The notes: a model not told the origin generated them from the letters alone. DNA of 64,000 bases from Candidatus Thorarchaeota archaeon (GCA_048882965.1 JBHLRC010000001.1:18716-82715), one strand, 5' to 3'. Shown: positions 8,948-16,784, counted from the stretch's first letter. Translations and numbers: made by a program.

Positions 8948-9171
8948 ATGCGTCTTTCTTTTGAAAGAATCAGTTATTGCTTTTTAATGCCTAACCAATA
9001 GCATAGAATCCAATCGTTCCGGCTAATCAGCCATAAAGCCCAAGGCGGACTTGATGACGTTTTATTGCAGCATGAAAGTAGATTGCAATTCAATTACTTT
9101 TTTAAAAATATGATAAAATAATTATACAAGTTAAGCATGATACATCTGTTTCTATTCAGGGAGGTGTTTGT

Positions 9172-9480
9172 GTGGAAACGTGTGTTATGTTTGAATGGGA
9201 TACTCCAAAAGATGAGAAGCGGTGGAAGGGCTATTGGGACCATTCTCAGAAGTCCATACCCTACATTGAAAAAATGAAGAAAAATGATGTGATCAAAGAC
9301 TATAGCTTCTGGTCTGACAATACAGGCCATGTAGTCTTCCTCGTATTCTTTGCAGACGAGAATAGGTTTGCAAAACTATGGGGAGATGAAGAGTTTCAGA
9401 AAATCGCGAGTGAAGCAACCAACTATTACGATAATGCTCGTATACGTATAATGCGGCCTTCTGCTACAAGTCCATCTTAG
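9172..9480 (+). CDS. Hypothetical small soluble protein
   Basis: GTG start 6 nt after a strong GGAGGTG Shine-Dalgarno (9159-9165). No family recognised. Confidence 0.45.
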   Translation: METCVMFEWDTPKDEKRWKGYWDHSQKSIPYIEKMKKNDVIKDYSFWSDNTGHVVFLVFFADENRFAKLWGDEEFQKIASEATNYYDNARIRIMRPSATSPS

Positions 9481-9498
9481 AGATAAAAACAAGAGAGC

Positions 9499-9520
9499 GA
9501 AGAGAGATTCCTCCCTCTTC
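9499..9520. repeat. GC-rich hairpin GAAGAGAGA-ttcc-TCCCTCTTC (hairpin family)
   Basis: Starts 19 nt after the stop of 9172..9480. The roughly 33-nt core GAGCGAAGAG(a/g)GATTCCTCCCTCTTC(a/g)GAAAC is nearly identical to the copy at 10171..10203. Confidence 0.6.
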
Positions 9521-9599
9521 AGAAACCACCAATCTAGTACACTGCTGTGTCTTTAATAGGATTTATAGAAAATTGATTGGTTGAAAATTGAGGGATTGA

Positions 9600-10124
9600 A
9601 TGAGTTCTTCGTATCGGTGGTGGCTAGGATTCGCATTGGTTTTGTTCTGGGTAATAACCATTCTAACTCCCCTAGTAATTCTCCCTCACGGAATTACTTA
9701 CGATGGTAATATTTGGAGAATTGATGTAGCGTACTATTTCTTTTTTGGTGCTTACTTCCCACCATCGCCATATTCTGAAACATCTGGATGGATAAGTGGA
9801 CCTACCTATCTAGTAGCAGTTATGATGTTCTTACTGTTCTTCATAATTTACGCAATTCAGGTCACAATATATTGTTTCAAGCCCAAAAGACAGCGTTGGG
9901 CTATCCTATGTGGATTGCTGAGCTTATTCATTCCAGGAGTTTTTGCTGGATTTGGGATTCTTGGCGAGGTCAATATTGCAAGTGTAGGAGTGTATGTTGG
10001 TCCTTTGCCATTTCAGTTCATACTCGGTCTTTTTGTGATGAGGTTGGCAAAACCAGAACAAGCCATTCCTGAAAGAGAGCAATCCAATAAAGAGTATTCT
10101 TGGTTGGAAAATGAAGTAGTATAG
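9600..10124 (+). CDS. Hypothetical polytopic membrane protein
   Basis: 4-5 hydrophobic helices. GAGGGAT lies upstream of the ATG. No family recognised. Confidence 0.5.
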   Translation: MSSSYRWWLGFALVLFWVITILTPLVILPHGITYDGNIWRIDVAYYFFFGAYFPPSPYSETSGWISGPTYLVAVMMFLLFFIIYAIQVTIYCFKPKRQRWAILCGLLSLFIPGVFAGFGILGEVNIASVGVYVGPLPFQFILGLFVMRLAKPEQAIPEREQSNKEYSWLENEVV

Positions 10125-10173
10125 CACAATATCCTCATTTTGATGATATTCAAAATTCGAAAGAAAGAGTGAG

Positions 10174-10197
10174 CGAAGAGGGATTCCTCCCTCTTCG
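10174..10197. repeat. GC-rich hairpin CGAAGAGGGA-ttcc-TCCCTCTTCG; candidate terminator for the actin gene or a bidirectional terminator
   Basis: Perfect 10-bp inverted repeat between convergent genes. It lies 17 nt past the actin stop on the minus strand, where it is followed by a T-rich run (CTCACTCTTTCTTTCGAATTTTG). Confidence 0.6.
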
Positions 10198-10213
10198 GAA
10201 ACTAGATTGTATA

Positions 10214-11353
10214 CTAGATACAGCGGTGAATGACCTCGGGTCCTACTTCCTCGAACTCCTTCTTGGACACCCACATCTTCTGGAATGTCTTCAGTGAGCC
10301 GAGAATGCTTCCACCAATCCAGACAGAGTACTGTCTCTCTGGTGGAGCAATGATTCGGACTTCGATGTTCTCTGGGACTAGCTCGGTGATCTCCTTGTGG
10401 AGCCTCTCCTTGAGTCCTGGGAACATGGTTGAACCGCCTGAGAGTACTATGTTGGCGTATAGGTCACGTCTCAAGTCGACATCGCAAGCCTTGATGGCAT
10501 TGACAATGTGATCGTCGAGTGGCACGGTATCAAGACCTATGGCACTTGGGTTGAAGAACAACTCGGGTGCCTGGAACCTCTCTGCACCGACAGTGATTAC
10601 TTCACCGTCTGGTAGCATGTAGGGTTTGTCAACACCAGCCTTGTCAGCGACAGTCCTTTCCCTCTCGGGATCGAGAGCTACGTAACATAGCTTCTCCTTG
10701 ATGTCTCTGACAATCTCTTTCTCTGCACCACTCACAAAGGTGTAACCCCTCTGTCTGAGTAATCTGCGCAGATACTCGGTGATGTCCCTTCCTGCAAGGT
10801 CAATTCTCTGGATGGCATGGTTGATTGAAAAGCCCTCATAGATTGGTACTATGTGGGTGACACCATCGCCTGAGTCAATGACCAGACCAGTGGTTCGACC
10901 GGATGCGTACAGTGAAAGTACTGCCTGTGTGGCAACATACACTGCGGGCACACCAAAGTTGTCGAACATGACAGATGCCATTCGCTCTCTGTTCTCTCTA
11001 GGATTGAACGGTGCTTCTGTGAGAAGTACCGGATTCTCGCTGGGATCAATCTTGAGATCGTTATAGAATGTGTAACTCCAAATCTTCTCAATAGCGTCCC
11101 AGTCTTCTACGATTCCGTGTGCGATCGGATAGACCAGACGGAGTACACCACGGAGGTTGATAGCCTCTTCACCAATGTAGTAGTCACGTGTATAGTGGTC
11201 CACGTCAGTCATGATTGACTCGTAACGTGGGTAACCAATCAGTGTGGGCCAAACGCTGCGTGGCTGATCTTCGCCGGCGTAACCGTTCTTGCTTAGACCT
11301 GTACCATTGTCGATGACTACAGGCTTCGCGCCAAGAAACTCGTCTTCAGCCAT
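10214..11353 (-). CDS. Eukaryote-like actin (lokiactin-type Asgard actin)
   Basis: Full-length colinear match to eukaryotic actin hallmarks: [13 protein letters not shown](F)[91 protein letters not shown]-terminal HR. ATG start. Confidence 0.95.
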   Translation of the reverse strand: MAEDEFLGAKPVVIDNGTGLSKNGYAGEDQPRSVWPTLIGYPRYESIMTDVDHYTRDYYIGEEAINLRGVLRLVYPIAHGIVEDWDAIEKIWSYTFYNDLKIDPSENPVLLTEAPFNPRENRERMASVMFDNFGVPAVYVATQAVLSLYASGRTTGLVIDSGDGVTHIVPIYEGFSINHAIQRIDLAGRDITEYLRRLLRQRGYTFVSGAEKEIVRDIKEKLCYVALDPERERTVADKAGVDKPYMLPDGEVITVGAERFQAPELFFNPSAIGLDTVPLDDHIVNAIKACDVDLRRDLYANIVLSGGSTMFPGLKERLHKEITELVPENIEVRIIAPPERQYSVWIGGSILGSLKTFQKMWVSKKEFEEVGPEVIHRCI

Positions 11354-11608
11354 TTTTTATCGGTCCTCGTTTAGTGATTTGTTCAGCAGCTCAGAGCCAT
11401 TGAGACTCTGTACTGCTTTTCTGTTCTTGCAAATTCTATTTAAGGGTACGTCCGATGAAAGTCGACTTTTTCGAAAAGTATTTGAATTATGTATAATATA
11501 CCCGTATTTCAAGCCATTTTTGGCCATTTCTAGGCATTTATCTTCGAAAAGTATAATAATAAACTACAAATAATTACTAGCTAATATATCCGCGATAGGT
11601 GCTGAAAA

Positions 11609-12382
11609 ATGCTCAGAAGGCCCGTAGAAGATATTGTCCGGGAGGAGATTGAAACAGTCCGAGCCAGAAGGATAATCCTCGACCAGCTTGAGGGAGGACT
11701 GATGACGGGTGCAGAGCTCAGAGAGAAGATTGCCACTGACATTAAAGCGCAGATGGTTGCTGAGGGAGCTAGTAAGAAAGAGATTGCCAAGGTAAAAGTG
11801 ACAAGTCCCAAGCTCTATTATAACACGCAACGGCTTGAAGACCTTGGAATAATAGTGAGTTGGAAACAATCTCAGTATCGCCTCTTTGAGCTGGATCCCC
11901 GGGCAGTAATTCCTGTTAGGAGAGCTCTTGATATCACAAAACCACTAATGTATGTTACTTCGTTGAATAATCCCGAGGACCAGCGACCATTCGTACAATG
12001 GCTTGTGAACAACCCACACTTCAATCCCAAAAAACTACTTGTCTTTGTTGAAGCTGTTCGCTGGACCCGTGGAGTCTCTCGAATCATGGACCGATTCATT
12101 CCCGATGACGCGTTTCGTGTGTGGACCACCATATGGAGGGAGGTCCCTGAAGAGGTCATGGGCGGGGTAGATGAAACGGACTATGGGAATCTACAGATGA
12201 CATACGAGTTCATAGAAAATGAAATACTCAATCATCTGCCAACACATAACATTATTTTTGACCTTACATTAGGACCACCTCTCATAACACTGGCGATGGC
12301 AAAATTAGCAACCGAATATTCAACAACAGCATTTCATGTGTCGAGATATGATGCAGAAGATGCTGAAGTCAGCTACTACTGA
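11609..12382 (+). CDS. Winged-helix DNA-binding domain fused to a Rossmann-like (possibly CARF-like) sensor domain
   Basis: The N-terminus fits a wHTH (ILDQLEGGLMTGAELREKI...LYYNTQRLEDLGIIVS...YRLFELD). The C-terminal half has alternating beta/alpha character, with KPLMYVTSL, KKLLVFVEA and IIFDLTLGPPLITLAMAKLA. The last resembles the D-x-T-x-G motif of CARF/Cas02710-type domains. The domain call is tentative. Confidence 0.4.
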   Translation: MLRRPVEDIVREEIETVRARRIILDQLEGGLMTGAELREKIATDIKAQMVAEGASKKEIAKVKVTSPKLYYNTQRLEDLGIIVSWKQSQYRLFELDPRAVIPVRRALDITKPLMYVTSLNNPEDQRPFVQWLVNNPHFNPKKLLVFVEAVRWTRGVSRIMDRFIPDDAFRVWTTIWREVPEEVMGGVDETDYGNLQMTYEFIENEILNHLPTHNIIFDLTLGPPLITLAMAKLATEYSTTAFHVSRYDAEDAEVSYY

Positions 12383-12485
12383 AGGAAGTGATGCATTGAC
12401 AAACAAGGCAATTACCACGTTATCGTGGAATCCAATATACATCGAGCATCGACTTGACCTACTATCTAGGACAGTTCATACAACA

Positions 12486-13091
12486 ATGGCCAAAACTCCA
12501 AGGAACAATACAAGACTTCTGACAAAATGTGAGAGATGGGTTCAGGAGATTGGGTTAATTCAGGACGGATTGAAGAGGGTAAGAGAAAGTCTTCTTCCGG
12601 ACTTGGAGAAGACACTTGGAATAGAGTTTGGGCATAAGGAACTTCTTCAGGTTGCAATGTTTCAACCGAGTACAAAGAATATCTTTCTGGAGCTTGAGAC
12701 TCAGTATAGGAGAAGTAAGAATAATCCGCTTGACCAACACGAGTTCGCAGAAATGATAAATCTCAGTGAGATGGCAAAGGTACTTGCACTTGTTGGTGAT
12801 GCGGTCGTTTCATCAGCGGTACTACAGTACTTGTGGGAACCACACATGGGAAATGCTGGAACAATCACTCAGAGAAAGGCGGATATTGTGTCAAATGAAA
12901 ATATGGCCAAGCTTTGTGATGCATGGGGACTCTACGAATATCGCATCCACTTTGATCCAGACATCCCCAGCAAGTCGGAGATTGAACATGATAAGGGCAC
13001 TCTGCTAGAAGCGGTATATGGCATCATCTATATCGAACATGAGTACAAGAAGGTTGTCGAACTTGTGCATCACTTGATCAATATTCAGTGA
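12486..13091 (+). CDS. RNase III-domain protein of the Mini-III type (no dsRBD) with a roughly 100-aa N-terminal extension
   Basis: KVLALVGDAVVSSAVLQYL matches the Mini-III LALAYIGDAIFE motif. KADIVSNENMAKL matches SSRIVSAKSQAEIL. KGTLLEAVYGIIYIE matches STAFEALLGYLFLE. I chose ATG at 12486 because the longer ORF from 12336 overlaps the upstream gene. Confidence 0.65.
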   Translation: MAKTPRNNTRLLTKCERWVQEIGLIQDGLKRVRESLLPDLEKTLGIEFGHKELLQVAMFQPSTKNIFLELETQYRRSKNNPLDQHEFAEMINLSEMAKVLALVGDAVVSSAVLQYLWEPHMGNAGTITQRKADIVSNENMAKLCDAWGLYEYRIHFDPDIPSKSEIEHDKGTLLEAVYGIIYIEHEYKKVVELVHHLINIQ

Positions 13092-14586
13092 GGTCATACT
13101 CATCTTCACGGTATGTAGGAATGTCAGCAACAGGATATGTCTTTTCAAAACGCTTTCGGATTTTATCTGCAATACTGGCGTCGGCATATACACGTACTGA
13201 TGGAATAGTCTGAGCTTGTTGTTTCAGGATTTGCATGATTGGTCCTCCTTCTTGGGTTTCATCAAGGTTTACAATGTCAAAACCCTTCTCACCCCCAACA
13301 AGCAAGGGAATCTTCCCTAAGATCTTCTCTCCGATAGGGGGTGAAACAACATCAATGACAACACCTCCCACCTCCTCGGTCAACTCATTCTCTGCCTCAA
13401 TCAGTTTTGGAACATTGTGAAGCATCTCATGGAACAGTTTTTGGGTATCACTCTCGAATAATGCGAGTGGGCGTGATAGTACCACCTTGAACAACTTACG
13501 ATATCGAATTCGGGCAGCATATTCTCGTACAAAATCAATTGTTGACTCTTCCAGCCATCTGAAAATGTCACCATCAGTCATTCGGGTGAACAGTCCGATG
13601 CACTCATTCTTTGATAGGTCCTCCTCCTTCATCCTGAAATAGGTAGCCTTTGAAATCATCGCCTCAGCAAGTTTGACAGCGTGGTGTAAGTACAGATCAC
13701 TGAACATCCAAGACCGACTCAGAATCAAAGCTTCCAGAGAATGAATTGCTTTGAGCATGAATGCACGAATGTATTTGCCTTCCTTATTCTTCACAACACG
13801 ATTGGTCAGCATCACCCGCTCAGCAGGAAATATACCAAGTTGTACGCCGCTGAAATGTGCGTCGCGAATGAGGTAATCTGTCTTGTCGATATCAAGTGGG
13901 TGATCTACGAACTCTGAGAGCAGACCCATAACTGGGTCTTTTGTTTGACGTCTAAGTATGTTGACAATATCAGATGGATCTATCCCATTCTTTGTAAGGA
14001 CATCAGTTAGACTGCTATTTACTATCAGGAACTCCCCAAGGTCAAGATGGTCGAGTCCAACCCAGGCCTCAAGAGCATACTCAATTGTGTGAGAGGTGGG
14101 AGGATGACCAACATCATGAAGCAATGCGGTTGCTCTGAATAGTTTCTGGTGGTAGTCATCAAGAAGCTGGGAGAATGGTACAAAGCATGCAGTGTCTAGG
14201 TCATCGCAATAGTTTACTACACGAATCGACTTTTGTGCCAGAAAGTTGGTTCCAATGCAGTGTTCAAATCGCGTGTGGGTTGCTCCGGGATATACAAGGT
14301 GGGCTGGACCCAACTGCCGTACATATCGCAGTCTCAACATTTCCCAAGTGGAGATTATGTCAAGTTCCCAGGGTTCGAGAAGTATTGCACCATGGACAGG
14401 GTCCTGTACAGCTTTCTGTCGTGTGTGCTTCTCACCCAAGTTGATGAAATGGGTATGTTCATCAATAGCCTTCTGGATTCTGTCCCAGCTTGCTCCTTTC
14501 TGTTTCCGAGCATTGTCTATCTCAGCTTCTCTCAATCCTGTCAAACGAATGAGTCTGATGGCATCCGTATCAATTTCGTTGGACAT
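13078..14586 (-). CDS. HD-domain phosphohydrolase, SAMHD1/dGTPase-like (COG1078 type)
   Basis: HTRFEHCIGT, LLHDVGHPPTSH and DKTDYLIRDAHFSGV are the characteristic motifs of this HD family. Confidence 0.85.
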   Translation of the reverse strand: MSNEIDTDAIRLIRLTGLREAEIDNARKQKGASWDRIQKAIDEHTHFINLGEKHTRQKAVQDPVHGAILLEPWELDIISTWEMLRLRYVRQLGPAHLVYPGATHTRFEHCIGTNFLAQKSIRVVNYCDDLDTACFVPFSQLLDDYHQKLFRATALLHDVGHPPTSHTIEYALEAWVGLDHLDLGEFLIVNSSLTDVLTKNGIDPSDIVNILRRQTKDPVMGLLSEFVDHPLDIDKTDYLIRDAHFSGVQLGIFPAERVMLTNRVVKNKEGKYIRAFMLKAIHSLEALILSRSWMFSDLYLHHAVKLAEAMISKATYFRMKEEDLSKNECIGLFTRMTDGDIFRWLEESTIDFVREYAARIRYRKLFKVVLSRPLALFESDTQKLFHEMLHNVPKLIEAENELTEEVGGVVIDVVSPPIGEKILGKIPLLVGGEKGFDIVNLDETQEGGPIMQILKQQAQTIPSVRVYADASIADKIRKRFEKTYPVADIPTYREDEYDLTEY

Positions 14587-14646
14587 AGTCTAGAGACCCC
14601 ATCAAAGAAACCGTGAGCCTGTATTTAAGGCATCACAATCAAAGAA

Positions 14647-15228
14647 TCAAGTCAATTGTCGTGACCTTTTCACTCGTTCACGGGCAGGTATGTATTCCAG
14701 AGTGTTTTCTCGCTCCATGGCGCGGCAGTATTCATTTGGGTTGCAGTAACCCCACCGACGCATCATATTGCAGGATGTGGACCCTCGTGATCTATAGAAT
14801 GGAGCATCAATGAGGCTTGCTTTAGATAAATAAGTGGCCACGGTTTTAATGCTCTTCTTGGCAAAAGCTAATCTGATACAGGGGGGGCCTCGTTCAACTG
14901 TTTTCCATCGGATTATTTTGAATAATCGATACCAGAGAAGACACTTCTTTGCAACATAAAGTAGATCGCAGTTTGGACAGGTTTTATTGAATATGGACAG
15001 CTCACAGAGTTCATCCCTACTTTGTTTTGTGAGACCTGATCCTCTTAGGAGATGGAACTTGATTTGTGCAAAGAGTTCAGGTGTGAAAGAACCAAATTCA
15101 TGTATGAATTGTCGCAGTTCATCTGCAACGGTTTCTGAACTCTCGGTCCATAATTCCGTATCCAGCACAGGTCTGTATGTCTTCTCTCTCATAGCACAAT
15201 CACGTTCAGCAAGGATTGTCTTAAGCAC
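14647..15228 (-). CDS. Hypothetical Cys-rich protein upstream of, and co-oriented with, the HD hydrolase
   Basis: CPNCD...C...C...C...CNPNEYC spacing suggests metal binding. There is a 60-nt gap to the HD gene on the same strand. No family recognised. Confidence 0.45.
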   Translation of the reverse strand: MLKTILAERDCAMREKTYRPVLDTELWTESSETVADELRQFIHEFGSFTPELFAQIKFHLLRGSGLTKQSRDELCELSIFNKTCPNCDLLYVAKKCLLWYRLFKIIRWKTVERGPPCIRLAFAKKSIKTVATYLSKASLIDAPFYRSRGSTSCNMMRRWGYCNPNEYCRAMERENTLEYIPARERVKRSRQLT

Positions 15229-15336
15229 ATCAATTCATGTTCTAACAGACCTATGTAAATATGTAGCTGGCTCCGATGGAACAAGTTTTAATTATAATGA
15301 AGTAACCAGCATCTTCAGCCTAGAGGACACCACACA

Positions 15337-16344
15337 ATGACCAATCTTGAAGTTATCTCAAAGGTTACTTTCAAAGAGGCCATCACGTCTGTCGAGCTTG
15401 TTGACTTTACGGGAGATGGAAGAGCAAATCCAGTTGTTTCAACACTCAATGGTGATGTCATTGTCTATACAATCGAGAAAGGCGCTAACCCAGAGGTGAA
15501 TGAGATTGGTAGGGTTGGTGGATTACCTCCTTTGGCGGCCATGGGTATTGGAGACGTAATCGGTAACGGAAAACCAGACTTTGTGATAGGCGGATTGGAC
15601 AACATTATGCGGGTTCTTGTCCATATGGATGATGAACTGAGTGTCCAAGCAACCACTCCACTAGGTAGTCTTCCTACTGCTGTGGTAGTTCTCAATGTTT
15701 TAAGTGATGATAGGTCAGAAGTGGTTGTTGCCACAACAGATGGCAATCTACGATGCTATGGCTGGTATGATATTGCCCTGGACAAACTTGCTCATAAGGT
15801 GTTAGAGCGACCAATCTTCTCAATCCAGCCGCTTCATAGCAAAGGACTCCCCTATAGCAGGTTTGTCTTTGGAGATGATTCAGGATATCTCTTTGTATAT
15901 CAATACGCAGATGACCGACTTCACGAGAGAGCGAAAATCAGCGCGGGAGGAGAGATCGGACTTGTAGCAACAGGAGATATGACTCACAATGGTTACTCCG
16001 AGGTTGTTACTGTTTCTGATGGGAGAAAGCTAAGTCTGTTTGGGATAGTCAAAGGTGCTATAGAGAAGCATGATTCTGTCAAATCTCCTAAACCGGTCAC
16101 TTCAATCAAGATCGGTAACTTCTGGGAGAATGGGAATGGTCAGATAGTATCAAGTCATTCCAATTCAACTATTACAGTTCTGGGATTCGTAGGTAACAGA
16201 ATAGTTGAGGATACTTCATTGAAAACATCTCGCAAGTCCACGGAGTCGCATCTGGCAGTTGGAGATTTTGATGGCGATGCTAAGGTTGAGCTTGTACAAG
16301 CAGTTGGTACTAATCTATACCTGATAGATGCCTTTGAAGATTGA
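15337..16344 (+). CDS. FG-GAP/VCBS-repeat beta-propeller protein, apparently cytosolic
   Basis: Recurrent motifs are DFTGDGRANPVV, GDVIGNGKPDFVIGG, SDDRSEVVVA, GDMTHNGYSEVV and VGDFDGDAKVELV. No N-terminal signal peptide or TM segment. Confidence 0.7.
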   Translation: MTNLEVISKVTFKEAITSVELVDFTGDGRANPVVSTLNGDVIVYTIEKGANPEVNEIGRVGGLPPLAAMGIGDVIGNGKPDFVIGGLDNIMRVLVHMDDELSVQATTPLGSLPTAVVVLNVLSDDRSEVVVATTDGNLRCYGWYDIALDKLAHKVLERPIFSIQPLHSKGLPYSRFVFGDDSGYLFVYQYADDRLHERAKISAGGEIGLVATGDMTHNGYSEVVTVSDGRKLSLFGIVKGAIEKHDSVKSPKPVTSIKIGNFWENGNGQIVSSHSNSTITVLGFVGNRIVEDTSLKTSRKSTESHLAVGDFDGDAKVELVQAVGTNLYLIDAFED

Positions 16345-16349
16345 AGAGT

Positions 16350-16784
16350 CTAGTCAAGTTTAGGCATAAAGATTTCATTTGGTTGGAGGACTTTGATTGT
16401 CTTCACACTTGTATTTGCCTCAATCTTAGGAACAACATTCTCTTCGACCCAAGCCTTCACATTTGACCTTGCATCATCGATAGTTTCGCCTTCAGCGTTC
16501 ATATCAAATCTAATGAAAAGGTGGTAAGGTTCGCGTTCGGAAAAGTCCTTCTTAATCATAGCCCAGAATGCCTTTGATCCTGCAGGGACATCAATCCTAC
16601 CGAGAATCTCTGACCAGGATTTCCCCTCCATCCTTTTTGACACAATTGCTAGATCCTTGAGCTCTGGCAACTCTTTCAATGCTGTAAGGACTTTTTCTCC
16701 GGTCTTTTTGGTATCCGGAACCTGTTTGAATTCTGCAATTAGATAATGATCTGCTCTGAATTTGGCCATGAACTGGAACTCCAT
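16350..16784 (-). CDS. Hypothetical protein
   Basis: ATG-initiated 144-aa ORF with no overlap. No family recognised. Confidence 0.45.
   Translation of the reverse strand: MEFQFMAKFRADHYLIAEFKQVPDTKKTGEKVLTALKELPELKDLAIVSKRMEGKSWSEILGRIDVPAGSKAFWAMIKKDFSEREPYHLFIRFDMNAEGETIDDARSNVKAWVEENVVPKIEANTSVKTIKVLQPNEIFMPKLD

Noticed and set aside
7834-10197. Whether the repeated hairpins could be a degenerate CRISPR array
   Set aside because: There are only three copies at irregular spacing (about 1.6 kb and 0.7 kb), each separated by real genes. No cas genes or leader are present, so this is not a CRISPR array.
12336-12485. Upstream extension of the RNase III-like ORF (MCRDMMQKM...)
   Set aside because: It overlaps the 3' end of 11609..12382 by 47 nt in another frame and adds no recognisable sequence. 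ATG 12486 is the more conservative start, though the longer form cannot be excluded.
14175-14616. Three overlapping plus-strand ORFs (89-127 aa) inside the HD hydrolase gene
   Set aside because: They are antisense to a gene with strong family motifs and have no recognisable protein features. They are typical shadow ORFs. The same reasoning applies to the antisense ORFs within hutH, hutU, the ECF ATPases, AOR, the FGGY kinase, and the Hdr genes.
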